Below, piece by piece: positions 45,975-58,800 of a DNA stretch of 64,000 nucleotides. The notes beneath the pieces were generated by a model, which did not search any database, had not been told where the DNA came from, and saw nothing but the letters and a program-made list of their open reading frames with translations. The stretch comes from Paraspadella gotoi. Lineage: Eukaryota > Animalia > Chaetognatha. Numbering within the stretch: position 1 is the first letter of the stretch; every line of letters begins with the position of its first letter. The stretch lies in contig JBJCIZ010000239.1 in assembly GCA_051294375.1 (NCBI GenBank), positions 1,630,581-1,694,580 on the forward strand, given 5' to 3'. The translations under genes were made by a program, and so were the position numbers.

Positions 45975-47762
45975 TCAAAATCGCAACTCGAACTCTTTCA
46001 AACTCTTCGCGATTCCAGTCGACTTAACGATGCCATCCAATTTATTCACTTCTTCCGAAGTCATCTTCGTCCGATGAGTCGTCAATCGCCTTCGATTGAA
46101 CGGACTCATTCTCTGAGAATCTCGACGCAGCGCCGTGGACAAAGTTTTCTCCAAACCGCAAAAGGGCAAAATCGTCTGGGTCCAAATCGACGGGTTAGAA
46201 ATCAAAACCTCGTACGATATCGGCAATATGGCGTCGGCGTATTCCGACCGCCTCTTCAGCTCGTAAAGCGTCAACGTGCCCACGAGAAAGAAGCAGAAAA
46301 AGTGGGCCGTCAAAGACGACCGTCCCACCGAAACTGGTCTTCCTTCCACAAGCGTTAAAAACTCTTTGTCGTTCTTCTCAAAGTCGAGCTTCTCCACCCA
46401 CGAAAATCGAGTCGCCCATCGATCTTCCGAAGCGACCACGCTCTTCAAACCCGCCTTCATCGCGGACGGAAAGATGGAAGCAATGCGCGACCCGAAAGGA
46501 TCGGGAAACAGCCGCCCGAGGATTGGCAACCGATCGCCGAATCCGACGGGATCGCTCAAAAGCTCCGTGGCGACGCGGAGCCACGAATCGAAAGATTCCA
46601 TCGGATTCCGATGAGTGAAGAGGAAACGGAGATCGAAGGGAAGTTGGTCGCGCGAGTCGATCACGTCCTTCATCATCCAAGGAACCACGACGCAAAGTTT
46701 GACGGCGAGGAGAGAGACGTCGCATCTGACGAAGAGCGTCTTACAGACAAAAAGAAAGACTGGGGAGAAAAGCCGCGCCGCGCGGGACGAATCCGCGAGG
46801 CTTAAGAAGAAAAGATCGATCGGCGCCTGCGGTTCGCTGATCGCGACGCAGCCGGAGACGTCCTCGAAGTGCTGCAGCATGACGGTGCTGCCGCAGCGGG
46901 GAGGGCTGGACATGACCACCACTTTCTTCATTTTTTTAGCGTCGGCGTCGGAATTGAGTCTCGCCAATTCCGCAAGGGCGAGATTTCGAAAAACCTCGAG
47001 CGGAACGACAGCGAACTCTTCGGCGTAGTCGAGGACGGAGAGAAATGCAAAGGGGCTCACGCTCGAGTGATATACGTCGATTCCTGATCACGGTCGTGGG
47101 TGAGAATAATTCTAATTTTGTCAAACTGAGGCCGTATATTCACACCATCTCACATCCACCATCGTTCAGCCAATCCCATTGGCTCAGAGGGGGAGCGCAC
47201 CATCCCAAGTGTTACGTTCCATCCACAGTCCTAAAGACTTCCAAGTGTTGGCAAAGCGAGACCGTCCAAGAGTAACCGCGCCAATGACAGGAGGCGTCAC
47301 TGAGGGTCGCTAACCCCTAACGCCAATGGGCATGACAGGCCACATCGACTATTGCCATAAAACGACCTTAATTTTTAATTTATCTTCTCCCACTTAATTT
47401 TCATTAACCACTAAACCGGAGTTGACAACTCGACATCCCTCACCTTCGGTGGTCCGGACGAGTGTCACTCCGATATCAGAAATATTATACAGATGCACAC
47501 GAGGATCGAGCCAAGCGAAAGAGCGTAGATTTTCGTATCTGGCGTGCACGTGAAGACAACTATCCAACACATTTCCTAAACTTTCCCGCAATTTGAATCG
47601 CCAGACGACGCGACGAACTTCGACGCGACGATCGTCTCGATATTCGCCGAAGAGAATTATCCAAAATTTTCGCGACAAAGCGAATATGTTTATGAGCGGC
47701 AGAAAAACAATGACGTACAAGAAAAATCTCAATCCTGTCGACCAAGAATGGCCAGCAGCCAT
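45975..47762 (-). CDS. Sulfotransferase-fold (P-loop) protein with N-terminal TM segment, 2 exons
   Basis: VVVMSSPPRCGST (5'-PSB-like), ISEP, FTHRNPMESFDSW (3'-PB-like), ISYEVLISNP...RDSQ; intron ~47084-47443. Confidence 0.7.
47276..47359 (+). mobile_element. Fragment of the tRNA-derived SINE family in the sulfotransferase intron
   Basis: TGACAGGAGGCGTCACTGAGGGTC...CCCCTA...GCCATA matches 19947-20040. Confidence 0.65.
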
Positions 47763-48019
47763 TTTGGGGCAGTGATTGTGGTTTTAAGTGAAAAAAAAAC
47801 AACCAATAACAACGGCGTCGGTGTAACTAGAAAATGTAACGAAACTTAAACTAAATATTTTCTGAAAAGGTAATTTCGTAAACATTTCGTTCAAAAAAAC
47901 TTGAGAATCCAAAAAGCCAAATCAAACCATACTTCGAGCCTTTCATTCCGCTAAAGACTAAAAGTAACAAAAAAAAAAGCAATTCCTAACGAGATAAACA
48001 TGAACAAAAGGAACAGTCA

Positions 48020-51000
48020 TCATTTTCTCTTTTGCTTCATCTTCAACTTCTTCCCCTTCAACGCTCCTTTCCTCGCCGCCCCCACGACTCCCTTGAATTG
48101 TCCCCTCAGCTTTTTGACCTTTCGTCTGTTCAACGATTTCGAGTCCAAAGGAAAATAAGCGTAAGGATCCGGTTTTCCCTTCTTCTTCATGTCCCCCTTG
48201 GCCTTTTTAGATCGATACTCCGTTCCGAGACCCGGGTCCTTGGATGGAGCTTCTTTGCCGATCGGCCGGTGAATGCCCTTTCCGCCGGCGACGTATTTCG
48301 CGGGTCGTTGGTCTTCTTCGTCTTCTTCATCGTCCTCGTCTCTCCACTTGACTTTCCTCTTCTTCCCGATTCCGGCCGGCCCTTCCAAGGCTTCCATCAA
48401 CTCGTTCATCTCCAGCGTCACTTCTTTCTTCTCCTCCGCCGGCGGCGGCTCCTTCGGGTCCGTGAAGATGAACCGCCCGTCCGGCGCTACTTTAAAGTCG
48501 TGCTTGACGCCGGATCGTTTTCCGGCGGCGTCACCGGCGGCGGGTTTGGAGGTGAGCACCTTTCCGGCGGCGGAGGGATCGAGGAGATCGACGATCTCCT
48601 CCTCGTCTCCCTTCTCCTCGAGCCAGGCCTCTCTCTTTTTGACGAGGCGTTTGGCCTTCAGCTTCGGTCGTTGACGACGAGATTCATCATCTTCCTCGAC
48701 GTCGCTGTCGTCGCCCAACATGTCGTCGAAACTATCTCCGCGGATTTTTAAAGTCCCTTCCTCCTCGTCTTCTTCCTCCTCCTCTTCCTCTTCCTTCTTT
48801 TTCTTCGCCTCCTTCTTGGTCTTCGTCTTGTGAATGTTAGAGACGACTTTCTTGAAGCAATCGGGAACCATCTTGATCAGCACCTCGACGCCCAGAGTCT
48901 TCAGCGCGATCGACAAAACGATTCGGATCGACTTCCTGAAGGCCTTCTTGTCCATCTCGGAGAACTCTCCCAATGCCGTCGTCAACTCTCTCGCGTTGTT
49001 GCCGAAATCTCGAATGTGTGATTTTTTGAGAAGCAGCTTGGCCAGAGGGAGAACGTGCTTCAAGATGGGTTTCTTTCCTGATCTCAGAAGAACGAGGCAG
49101 ATTTGAAACAGTTTGTCGCGCGCCGCGGGATCCACCGAAGCCGAATGTTCCTTCAATACGTGAGTGACGGCGACGGTGGTGGCGGCGACGCTAGTGACGT
49201 CTCCCGCGAGACCCGCGCAAAGCGTCTCGATGACTTCGCCCACGACTTCGCTCTTGGTTTTTTCGTTCGCGAGCCATTCGGCCAATCGTTCGATCGACTT
49301 GGAGAGGAAGACCAAAGCGTCGCGAGTCGTTTTACCCGAGGCGCCCCCGCCGCAGCAGACGACGGCTTCGGGAATGAGTCTTCGAAGAAATTCCGGCCGC
49401 GGTTCAGAGAGGGCGGCGACCAGCTGCGTCAGGGAACGCAGGCGCGGCGACTTGGCTGCGGCGCCGGCCAGGGAAAGCGACGACACTAACGTCTTGCAGA
49501 GCTCATCCATTTTGGAGACGACGAAGGGCGAGTCTCGTTTACACATTTCTTCCAAGATGCGGTAGCACTTTTTCTGAGTCCCCTTGTCGGGCGACTTGAG
49601 GAATTTCACGACGAGGTCATAGGTTTCCACCAGGGATTTCTCGTTCATCCGTGGTGTCATGGCGACAGCGATGTCGAGCAGCTTGAGACGGCGTCCTGAA
49701 GAAATTCCGTCTTCGCCGAGTTTAGGGAATAAATTTCCAACGAAGCCGTGGACGATGTCGGCGTCGGCCACGCCCACCACGACGCGGATCGTCTCCAAAA
49801 CGGCCAACGGCGAAGACCCGATGTCCTCTTCCGAAGTGTAGAGGTTGAAAAGAATCGGGAGATAATTCTTAGCGAATCTTTTCACTTCGAGTTTAGATTC
49901 ATCGTCTTTCGCTTTGAGGATGAGATTTCGCAGGGCGGCCATGATCTCGTTCCTAACATCATCCCGCTCTCGGAGCAAAACGCCGAGGGTCCTGGCGAGG
50001 CTTTTGAAGGTGGCCACGACATCGGTGGCGCCGGAACAGAATCCGGGAAGGAGGCACCAGATTTGATACTGAAGGACCTCGTAGACTTTGGCCTCGGCCA
50101 TCTTTTCCTCCTTGGCTTTGGCAACGGCGCGATTGTATAGTTTCGAGGAGAGAGGAAGAAAGTATTTAACGAAAAATGCCAACTCGGTTCCTTCGATCCA
50201 ATCCCGCAGAACGGGAAGCAGCCAAGAGCGCGGGAAATCGAGGGCGTCAGATTCCGAGCCGGAAATCTGCAGGGGCAGGGCGCCAAGGACGAATTCGGGG
50301 CCGACGGAGCGGACGGCCTGACCGACGGCGGAATCCAGAGCGGCCTTGTGGGAAAAAGTGGGCGTTTCCCTCAACTCGGCGAGAGCTTGGAGCGATTTGA
50401 AGAGAGGACCGCGATCCTCCTTGAAGTATTCGCCCAATGAGCGAAAGGCCTTGCCGAGAATCTCGAGCGAGTGTTCCCAGACAGAGTGGTATTGAAAGTT
50501 GAGACAGTTCTGGAGACTGACGAAGATGCGGTGGAGGGGAGTTGAAGGATCCTTGGAGGATTTTTTCACTCGATTTTTTTCTTCTTCCGGGATTTTGGCC
50601 AAACATTCTTCGAGGAGAAAGACGAGGACAGACTTGGAAGATCCGACCAACGCCTCGTCGTCGGAGAGGAGAGACGTTAAACAGACGACGACGAACTTGG
50701 GAAGATGAGAAAGGCCGAGGTTCGGATCGAGGAGGAAGAGGTTGGTGTGAGCTCTCTTCATGACCATCAGCCACGCGGAGAAGGGCTGGGCGTCTTTGAG
50801 GTGCGGCTGGAAGTCGTAGAGCGCCGTTAATATTTGGGCGTTGAGCTGGGGCGTCATCGCTTTGGGTTTCTTCTCGAAGGTCGAGTGGAGGACGTCCAAG
50901 GCTTTGGTGACGACGAGAGCGTTGCCGAGAGTCATGACTCGGAGAAGAGTCTCGCTGACGGATTTGAGACTTGGCGCCGGGAAGAGGGACAGGGTCTCTT

Positions 51001-52116
51001 TGAGAAGTTCCAAGGAGTAAAGAGTGGCGAAGCTGGTTCGTTCTCCGCCGGATTCTTCGATTCGCCGGACGAGGTGGTCGGCGACGGCGGAGGCAGCCGG
51101 GTGAGTCGCCGGAGGGTCGGGTCGCAGCATGACGGCGCTGCCGCGGAGGATCGAACAGACGGCGACTTGAGCGGCGGCGCGGATCTTGGGCTTCTCATTA
51201 GTCACAAATGTCAAGAGACTTTGGAAGACCTGAGGGAATAACAGTCAAATATTTTTTTGTTTCTTTAATTGTGAAATGAAGTGAAATGTCTCACGAACCC
51301 AACCTACCTGCAGCGAGTAAGGTTCTCTCCAGACGGCCGACTCTAAAACTCTCAACATCCTGGCCAAACACCTCAACAGAGATTTCGTCAACGACGTAGG
51401 CGGATCAGCCGCCACCGCCGCCAATTTCGCCGTCAAGATTCCGGCGCACTCGGAGAACTTCTTCCGCAGGACCGGCTCGCCGACGCGGCGCAGGACGAGG
51501 CTGAGGAGGTAGGAGGCTGCGGCGAGGGTCTCGACGCGAGTGTCGGGAAGAGCAGCCATCGTGGTCATGAGGACGGCGAAGTATTCCGTCTCAGACTCTT
51601 TGCCGCCGCGAGTTTTAATAACCTTTGGGTCAAGTGAATTAATAATAATGCAGATGTCTGGACATTGCAAGAAAATATTGCAATCCAATAAAAGTACTAG
51701 TCAACTCCCACCTCTGTAACAGCGGCCAGCAACGCGAGGATCTCCTTCTGCGCGGCAGAGTCTCCGTTAGAGAAAAGAAGGACCTTGTTGAAGGAAGTGT
51801 TGGTGCAAGCGGTGAAGCCGGTCGCCCAGGTGCGGAAGGTAGCGCCGCTGGAGGCCACGCTGACGGCGTCGTCAGCGTCGTCTCTCATTTCGTCGTCGCC
51901 GTCGTCGTCGAGTTTCTTGAGTTGATCGGCGAGGGAGGCGCCGAGACCGCGGCGTGGCGGACCGGCGCCGGTTCTTCCGAAACGAGAGGTGAGGTCGTCT
52001 CGGTGCCGGAAAGAGTCCGGATTGGACGAACCGCTCTCGCCTTTCTTCCATTTGTTTCTCTTTCCGCCCGCAAGTTTTTTTACGGTTCGGACGGATTTTG
52101 TTTTTTTCGTCGCCAT
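48020..52116 (-). CDS. RRP12: Ribosomal RNA processing protein 12, 3 exons (last exon ~3.2 kb)
   Basis: KWKKGESGSSNP, KEILALLAAVTE|VIK..GGKESETEYFA, KPKIRAAAQ, FPRSWLLPVLR, QIWCLLPGFC, FAKNYLPILFNLY, EYRSKKAKGDMKKKGKPDPYAY. Confidence 0.96.
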
Positions 52117-52529
52117 TTTTTAAGGAGAAAAGAATACCGGGAATTACACTAAACGGGCAAAGTAAAATAAATTATAAAATAAATTGCATTGTGGAAAAGC
52201 ATGTAGATGGTAAAAAAAATGCAGACAAAAATGACAATTGTAAATAATCAAATTAATAATTGACGAGTTTTTTTAAGGTCGCGATGTCCAGCTGATATCG
52301 GCCGTAGAAGTGGTGGTTTTTTTAGTTGCGCCGCGAGTACTCGCGGAGCAAGTCTATAAGTCACTTTTCGGTCGGTCTGTCCGTCTATCCGTCCTACTTA
52401 TATTAAAAATGCATATAATTTGCCTACAGTTGGTTGCTCATTTGTTAAGACAGAAAAAAAACTCAAATCTAAGGGACTGCTTGCGCCGCCTTCAGGAAAA
52501 CCTAAAACTATAAAGAATAAAAGACGGAA

Positions 52530-53203
52530 TTTTGATGCAGTGCAGTGCAGACATGTCATGTGATGTGATGTGATGTGATGAAAGGGAAATACACATTAAA
52601 ATAAAGTCACTGCGGCGCAACACATTGGAGTTACCGTTTTTGTTCGTTGATTTTAGTGTTCGAAGAATTACATTGCTTTGCGTCCAATGTGTCAAATTTA
52701 AGTTTATAGAATTATTATAATATTATTATAATATAATAATATAATAATAATAATATATATATTATATAATAATAGTATACAAAATAGCGATATATAGTGT
52801 GGTGTATAGTTTATTNNNNNNNNNNTTTTGATGCAGTGCAGTGCAGACATGTCATGTCATGCGATGTGATTAAAGGGAAAACACATTAAAATAAAGTCAC
52901 TGAGGTGCAACACATTGGAGTTACCATTCTTGTTCGTTGATTTTAGTGTTCAAAGATTTACATTGCTTTGCGTCCAATGTGTCAAATTTAAGTTTATAGA
53001 ATTATTATAATATTATTATAATATTATATAATAATAATAATATATGAAATTGGTACAACCAATCTAAAAATTATCCATTCATTTAATAAATAAGCTATCT
53101 TGCCCCTGACTTTGGACAGGCTTTGGTGGTTTAAGGCCTCCATCTATATTATATAATATTAGTATACAAAATAGCGAAGAAAGATACTGGTGTATAGTTT
53201 ATT
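52530..53203. repeat. ~290 bp near-duplicate flanking the scaffold gap (52530-52816 vs 52826-53203)
   Basis: Both copies start TTTTGATGCAGTGCAGTGCAGACATG and end GGTGTATAGTTTATT; they differ by SNPs, indels and one insertion; N run between them. Confidence 0.85.
53043..53143 (-). mobile_element. Repeat family A terminal fragment (~100 bp)
   Basis: Reverse complement of 24344-24443. Confidence 0.85.
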
Positions 53204-55269
53204 CAATAAACAATGAGCCATTTTGAAGGCGGCTCACATTCCGCCTTAACACCGCAAAGGCGATTAAATATTGTGTCAGGATGAAAGCCCAGGATTTGTC
53301 GTTCTTCTTGAATTCTGAATAAAGGGAATGAGAATTTGATATAATAAATAAATCAATCAATCATTCAATTTCTCTCACCGAAAACTAAACGTGGACTCGT
53401 GCGTCCCCACGAAATGTCGAGCGTGAGCGGCGATCCACTGATCCACGATGGCGACGCCGCCGTCGCCCAACTTTTTTAACGTCGCCGCGGAAGGAACGAA
53501 TCTCAGCGCCACCAACGGCGGATCGGCGCCCTTCCCATCGTCGCCCACTCCGCGAAGGAGATCGGCGAAGGAGCGGAACTCCTCGTCGGGGGCGTCGGTG
53601 GCCACGAAGACGCGGGTCACATTGACTCGTCGCGCGGCGGCGTTGACTTGACGGGCGGCGGATTCGAGGGAAGGGACTTGGTCGCCCCGGGCGCGGATGT
53701 AATCTTTTCGTCTGAAGAGGAAAATGAGGCCAAAAAAAATGTCAAAGAATCTAAGCTAAAATCCTCCCCTCCCTTCGCCAACCTCAAATGCACGGCCAAG
53801 TAAGGCCCACCCTTGGCCTCCCCCGCCTTCCTCTCCATCTTCCTCCAATCCGCTTCCATAATCGTCCCGTCCGCCTCGTCGCTCGAGTCTAAAAAGCTTC
53901 GCCGGAATCCGTCGCCGACTGCGCGGAGCTCTCCGGCGAAGACCATCGAGCGCCGCGCGGCCCAGTAGAGGGCGTCGCCGTAGGAGTCGTGGAGGAGAGT
54001 CTCGGCGCGCTCGAGGAGAACGGCGTCGTCGTCGAGGGCGGAGAGCGTCGACGTCATGGAAGAGGCGTGGCCCATGACGGAGAGGCACGTCAGTTTTTTG
54101 GCGTGGAAATGGTCGTGGTGGCCCCAGAAATAACCTGACGGGGAAAAGATAAAAACTAATATATCAATTTCTAGCTAACAAAATAACGAATAATAATAAC
54201 TGAATAATAAACGATTAGCCCACCTCTCCACTTCCCGTCCTCCAACGTATATCGATGATCTCTCTCTTCGCATTCCTCTTCTTCAATTCGATCTTCCCAA
54301 TTTCCGTCGAAGGGAAAATGTTTCAAATGAAGAACGCGATCGACGAAAGGCTCATTTTCGTGGTTGTTGTTGTTGTTGTTGTTGTTGTCGTCGTTAACTT
54401 CGCCGAATCTTTCCCTGACGTAATCTTCGAACTCGATCGCTTCCACGAATCGATTGATCGAAGGCAAATCGAAGAAGTTTCTCCATGGTAATCCTCGCTT
54501 GGGGGGGGGGAGTATTTGCGAATAAGGGCATCAGGTTGTAACATGAAAGACGTCTTCCCCGCTTTTTTCTCGTACCTGCTCCGCCAAACCTTCCGACTGC
54601 CAATGATAGAGCGGCCCCCAGGGCGGCAGCACCAGCACCCAGTGGTCGCGGCGACACTGGCGCGCGGCATCTTGTATAAGGGGGTATGTTTGCCTGAGAT
54701 AAGATAAGCATATAACTAGGTACCAAAGGTTCAGTGTTCATTAATATAAGACTATATTTAGCTACTAGAAAACCATGAAACAGAACTAATATCAAAATCC
54801 AAAATGAAATTAGACACATTTAGATTCAATACTGCAATATGTAAATGAGATTGAGAGATTCAATCTCATTTAAGATCATATTAAATAATCATCTCTTACG
54901 CTTGCAGCTTCTCGACGAAGACGGCGAGGCGGACGAAGACGTCGCGACGGAGGTTGAACCCTTCGCCCCGATTGACTTCGTAGAGGAGGAAGCGGCGTCG
55001 GGGAGGCTTATCGCCCTTTTCAAATTAATAAGTTAATAATTAATAATATTATGAATTAAAAAAAGTTATTTTTTTTCTCTCTCTCTAATAATTTGTGAAA
55101 TAAGCTTGATATTTCCTACGTCTTTCGAGTGACAGTGATTCTTTTTCAAATCATCGGATGCGTATTTCGCTTTTTCGTGATTCTCGTTTTCATCCTCGAA
55201 GCCCAAAATGTAATTGTGACAATAGACGATGAAGAACAAATACAAAGCAAAGTTCGTCCTTCCTTTCAT
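53203..55269 (-). CDS. POFUT2: GDP-fucose protein O-fucosyltransferase 2, ~7 exons
   Basis: RFLLYEVNRGEGFNLRRDV, WVLVLPPWGPLYHWQS, LERAETLLHD, YWAARRSMVFA, AKGGPYLAVHL|RRKDY, VFVATDA, DGGVAIVDQWIAAHARHFVGTHESTFSFR|IQEERQILGF. Confidence 0.96.
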
Positions 55270-55785
55270 TATTATTTTTATAACTAAGAGAAAAAAAATA
55301 AATTGTTAAAATAAAATATACAGAATATGGCAAGACGAAATTTGTAACATTCAAATAAAAGACTAGATATATTTAAAACATTGAAAATTACAATGCTAAA
55401 GAAATTAGTTACGTCTACTCTTTGCCCCAGGTAATTATAACAGAATTACGATTTAAATATATGATTTAAGAAAAAGACAACGAAAAACAAGAGATAAAAA
55501 AAAACAACATCAACAAAAAAAAAATAAAAAAACAATTTTTAATGGGAAGGAAATTCTTAGCTTAGTATTTTTTTTACCTTTCAATTTAAAAATTGTCTAC
55601 AAGAAGACCAGTTTAATTAAAAAACCTTTGTTTAAGAATATTTTAAAACAATATGTTAAGCAATAGACAAGAACCAAGTGTTAGTTAATAATCTCCTAAA
55701 AACGAAAAAAAATGTATATTGATTAAATTCGTTTGCAATAATTACAGGCAAATGAGAATACAACCAGATGAATGCATGCAAGCGT

Positions 55786-55790
<5 letters not shown>

Positions 55791-55868
<78 letters not shown>
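55791..55868. repeat. (CT)n microsatellite
   Basis: Uninterrupted CT run. Confidence 0.95.
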
Positions 55869-55872
<4 letters not shown>

Positions 55873-58800
55873 ATCTCTTGGTCTTCTTAGGCGGTTCGCC
55901 CGTCTTCTCCATGTTGACATTGCGACTGTCGCCCCTTCCGCCCGGAGAAGAGTGAAGGGCGGCGTGGACGTCGATCTCGATCGATTCGGGATCCGGCTTC
56001 ACGTGAATCGACCTCCGGGTAACGAAAAAGAGACGTTAGTAATGATCGTTAATGTTATTTTATTACGTTATCAACTTATTCATTACTTTTTATCAGAATC
56101 GTGGGGATCTTTTCGTTTGGAAGTGGAGGAAGAAGATGAGGAAGAAGAAGAGGCGGCTTCGCTGGAATTCCAAACGATGACCGGAAAAATAGTGAATCCT
56201 TTTGGTTCGAAGGCGGAGAAAAGAAAATTATATAAATAGTTTTTAAAAAAGAGAGTAAGTAAGTAAGTAAGGCTTTTTTTTTTGTAATTTCAGTTTTTAC
56301 TTTTCTTCATCAGTTCGGCGCCCGTTTTCGAAAAAGGTGAGATATGCATAATCTGAAAGGAAAACATGAAAGAGAGAAAAAAAAATTAAGGTCAGCATCA
56401 GATTTACCCTATTTGATAAATACATTACCTTTATGCGAGCCAGTGACTTGAAAATCGTGTATGTGACCAAAACGGAAAAATAAGCCAAGAGGGAATCGAT
56501 ATTGGTGTAACGAGTCAAGCCGCGGACGAGAAGTCGCTTTCTCGAATTCGATTCCTCGCGGTGAGAAGATGAACCACCTGATTTCAATTTTCGACCGGAA
56601 GGTTTTGAGTTCCGGGTAAATCGAGTAAGAAACAAGAACGCATTTACTTACCCGGTTTGTGTCTAAAATAAATGTTAAAAATACGTAAATATTAAAAACG
56701 TTATCATGAAGGAAAAACTTGCTCTAAAAAAAATAAATGAATCAAAAATCATTACGTAGTAGGAATTGATTGAACAGTTTCAAAAAAATGCATGTAAAAA
56801 ATTACAAGATAATTTAGTTCGTAAAAATAAAACTAACAATAATGCAAAAGAGAATAAATTAGGATCAAATTTGCAATATAAAAAAAACTTTTTAATAAGT
56901 TGATAAAAACTTTCTTTATGGAAAATTAAAATATTAAAATATTAACAATAAATACCTCGATCGTGACTCCTCGACGACTTGTAGCCTCGATCCTCTCCTC
57001 TCCTCTCCTTCGTCACCGTCCTCTTCTTCTCCTCCTCCTCCTCCCGATGCCTCCACCGATCCACAATGAGATCTCGTCCGTTGAGACTGTGGTCCATCTC
57101 GCAGACCATCTCCGCCACGTCGTCCGACTTGAAGGAGACGCGACAGAACTCTTTCGATCCCGAGGAGCTCCGCTTCATGGAGCATCGATCGACGGCGCCG
57201 AATTGAGAGAAGTAGAGGGAAATGTCTGGGGCGTTGGCGTCGCCTGGCGGCGGGGAAAGAGGGGGAGGGAATAGAGAGACGCTACTACGAAAAAGGGGGG
57301 GGGGGACAGCGAAGGGCAGAACTCTTCGTCTCGCACCCAAGTTAGCCACGTAGACGGATCGATTGTCCCGCGAGGAGGGATCGTGGGGATCGGTCTCGAC
57401 CGCCGGATCGTCGGGTCCACGCTTTGACGGTTTGGAGGCGTCGTCGACGACGCCGAGCGAAGTTCGATGCAGACTCGCGTTCAACACTTTCATGTCTTCC
57501 TTGGAGAAGGCGTGGCGAATCTCGATCTTCACGTCTGTGAATTACGTAGGATTGAACGAAAGAAAGTATTTTAATGTAGTACTACCAAAGCTGTTAACTG
57601 CTTTATTTAAAAACGAGAACAGGAAATATTAATAATGGGGGTTTTTTACTCTGCCAAAAATCATAAGTTACAAGAATATTGGTAAACTTTTTAAAATAAT
57701 TTTTTTAAAATTTATATATATATGGGGTGAGGGGTAATTTCCAAATAACTCAAGCACTGATAATATATTGATTTAATCTAATTTGCATATAGAAGTGATT
57801 ATAATAAGACGAAATAAAATTTAAATCAATATTTTTTTCCGATGGAAAATATGAAAAAAACTGTCAATGAAAATAAATAATTTTACATTTTTAAATACCT
57901 GATAAATAAATGACTTTCAACACGGATCTGACTAAAAGATTTAGAGTGCCGAAGCTACCATAAAATAGATATAGCCTAAACTATATAAAAACCTTTGAAG
58001 AGATAGCAGAAAATTCCCGGGTGGGACTAAGAGGGCTTTCTTGCCTAATATCAGACAAATTAGCCAATAATAAATATGTTAAGCACTCATCTCATAATTT
58101 CGTCATCTTCACCAAAATTCAATGGCGAGGACGTCGGCAAAAATACCGTTCTCTAGTGAACTGATTCTTACTAACCCCATTGTATTTGTCACATGTACTT
58201 GACTAAATTCAATTATCAGTCCACCAGCCAGACCCGCCCGTACTAGTCTTGTGAATAAAAGTAATTAATAAAAATAAATTAGGGAATTAAAGAGGTGCAG
58301 TAATATTAAACGCTTTTTATGCATACTAACGTCCTGATAACAAGAAAAAAAGCAAAAAAATAAAATATATTGGTATATTGTCTAACTGAGAAATAAAGCA
58401 TCTTATTTCTTCCCCATCACCTTCCCCCAAAAAAGGGACTCTGTGCGAATCCCCTTTGGAGAGCACGGTCTGCACGGACTCCTTGGCGGCAAAAGTGACG
58501 AAGGCCTCGGACATGGTGAGCTCGATGTTCATGGAGACATCCTCGACGGCACCGAAGGAGGAGAAGTAGCTCGTCAAGTTGTCCCTCGTCATCCCGATGG
58601 GGATTTTGGTGACGAAGATCTGACGACTTCGCAGGTTGAACACTTCCAGGTGGAGGGGAATGGAAGAGGAGGAGGAGGAAGAAGAATCGGCGCCGTTGGA
58701 TGTCGGATTCTTCGATTTTTCAGCGCCGGACGACGCCGGCTTCGCTGGCTCAGATTCTTTACTTTTCGTCGAGTACCAAGACCAAAATCCGGCATCGGAG

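Noticed and set aside
54660-54700. Apparent AAG acceptor at ~54669 in POFUT2
   Set aside because: Frame requires the upstream TCTCAG acceptor at ~54694, so it was not counted.
22292-55269. Functional clustering (CaaX protein with ICMT; two glycosyltransferases; NIFK with RRP12)
   Set aside because: Genes are not adjacent and such overlaps are expected by chance among 22 housekeeping genes.
55656-55955. RERERE / SLSLSL ORFs (also 4899-5156)
   Set aside because: Translations of (GA)n/(CT)n microsatellites.
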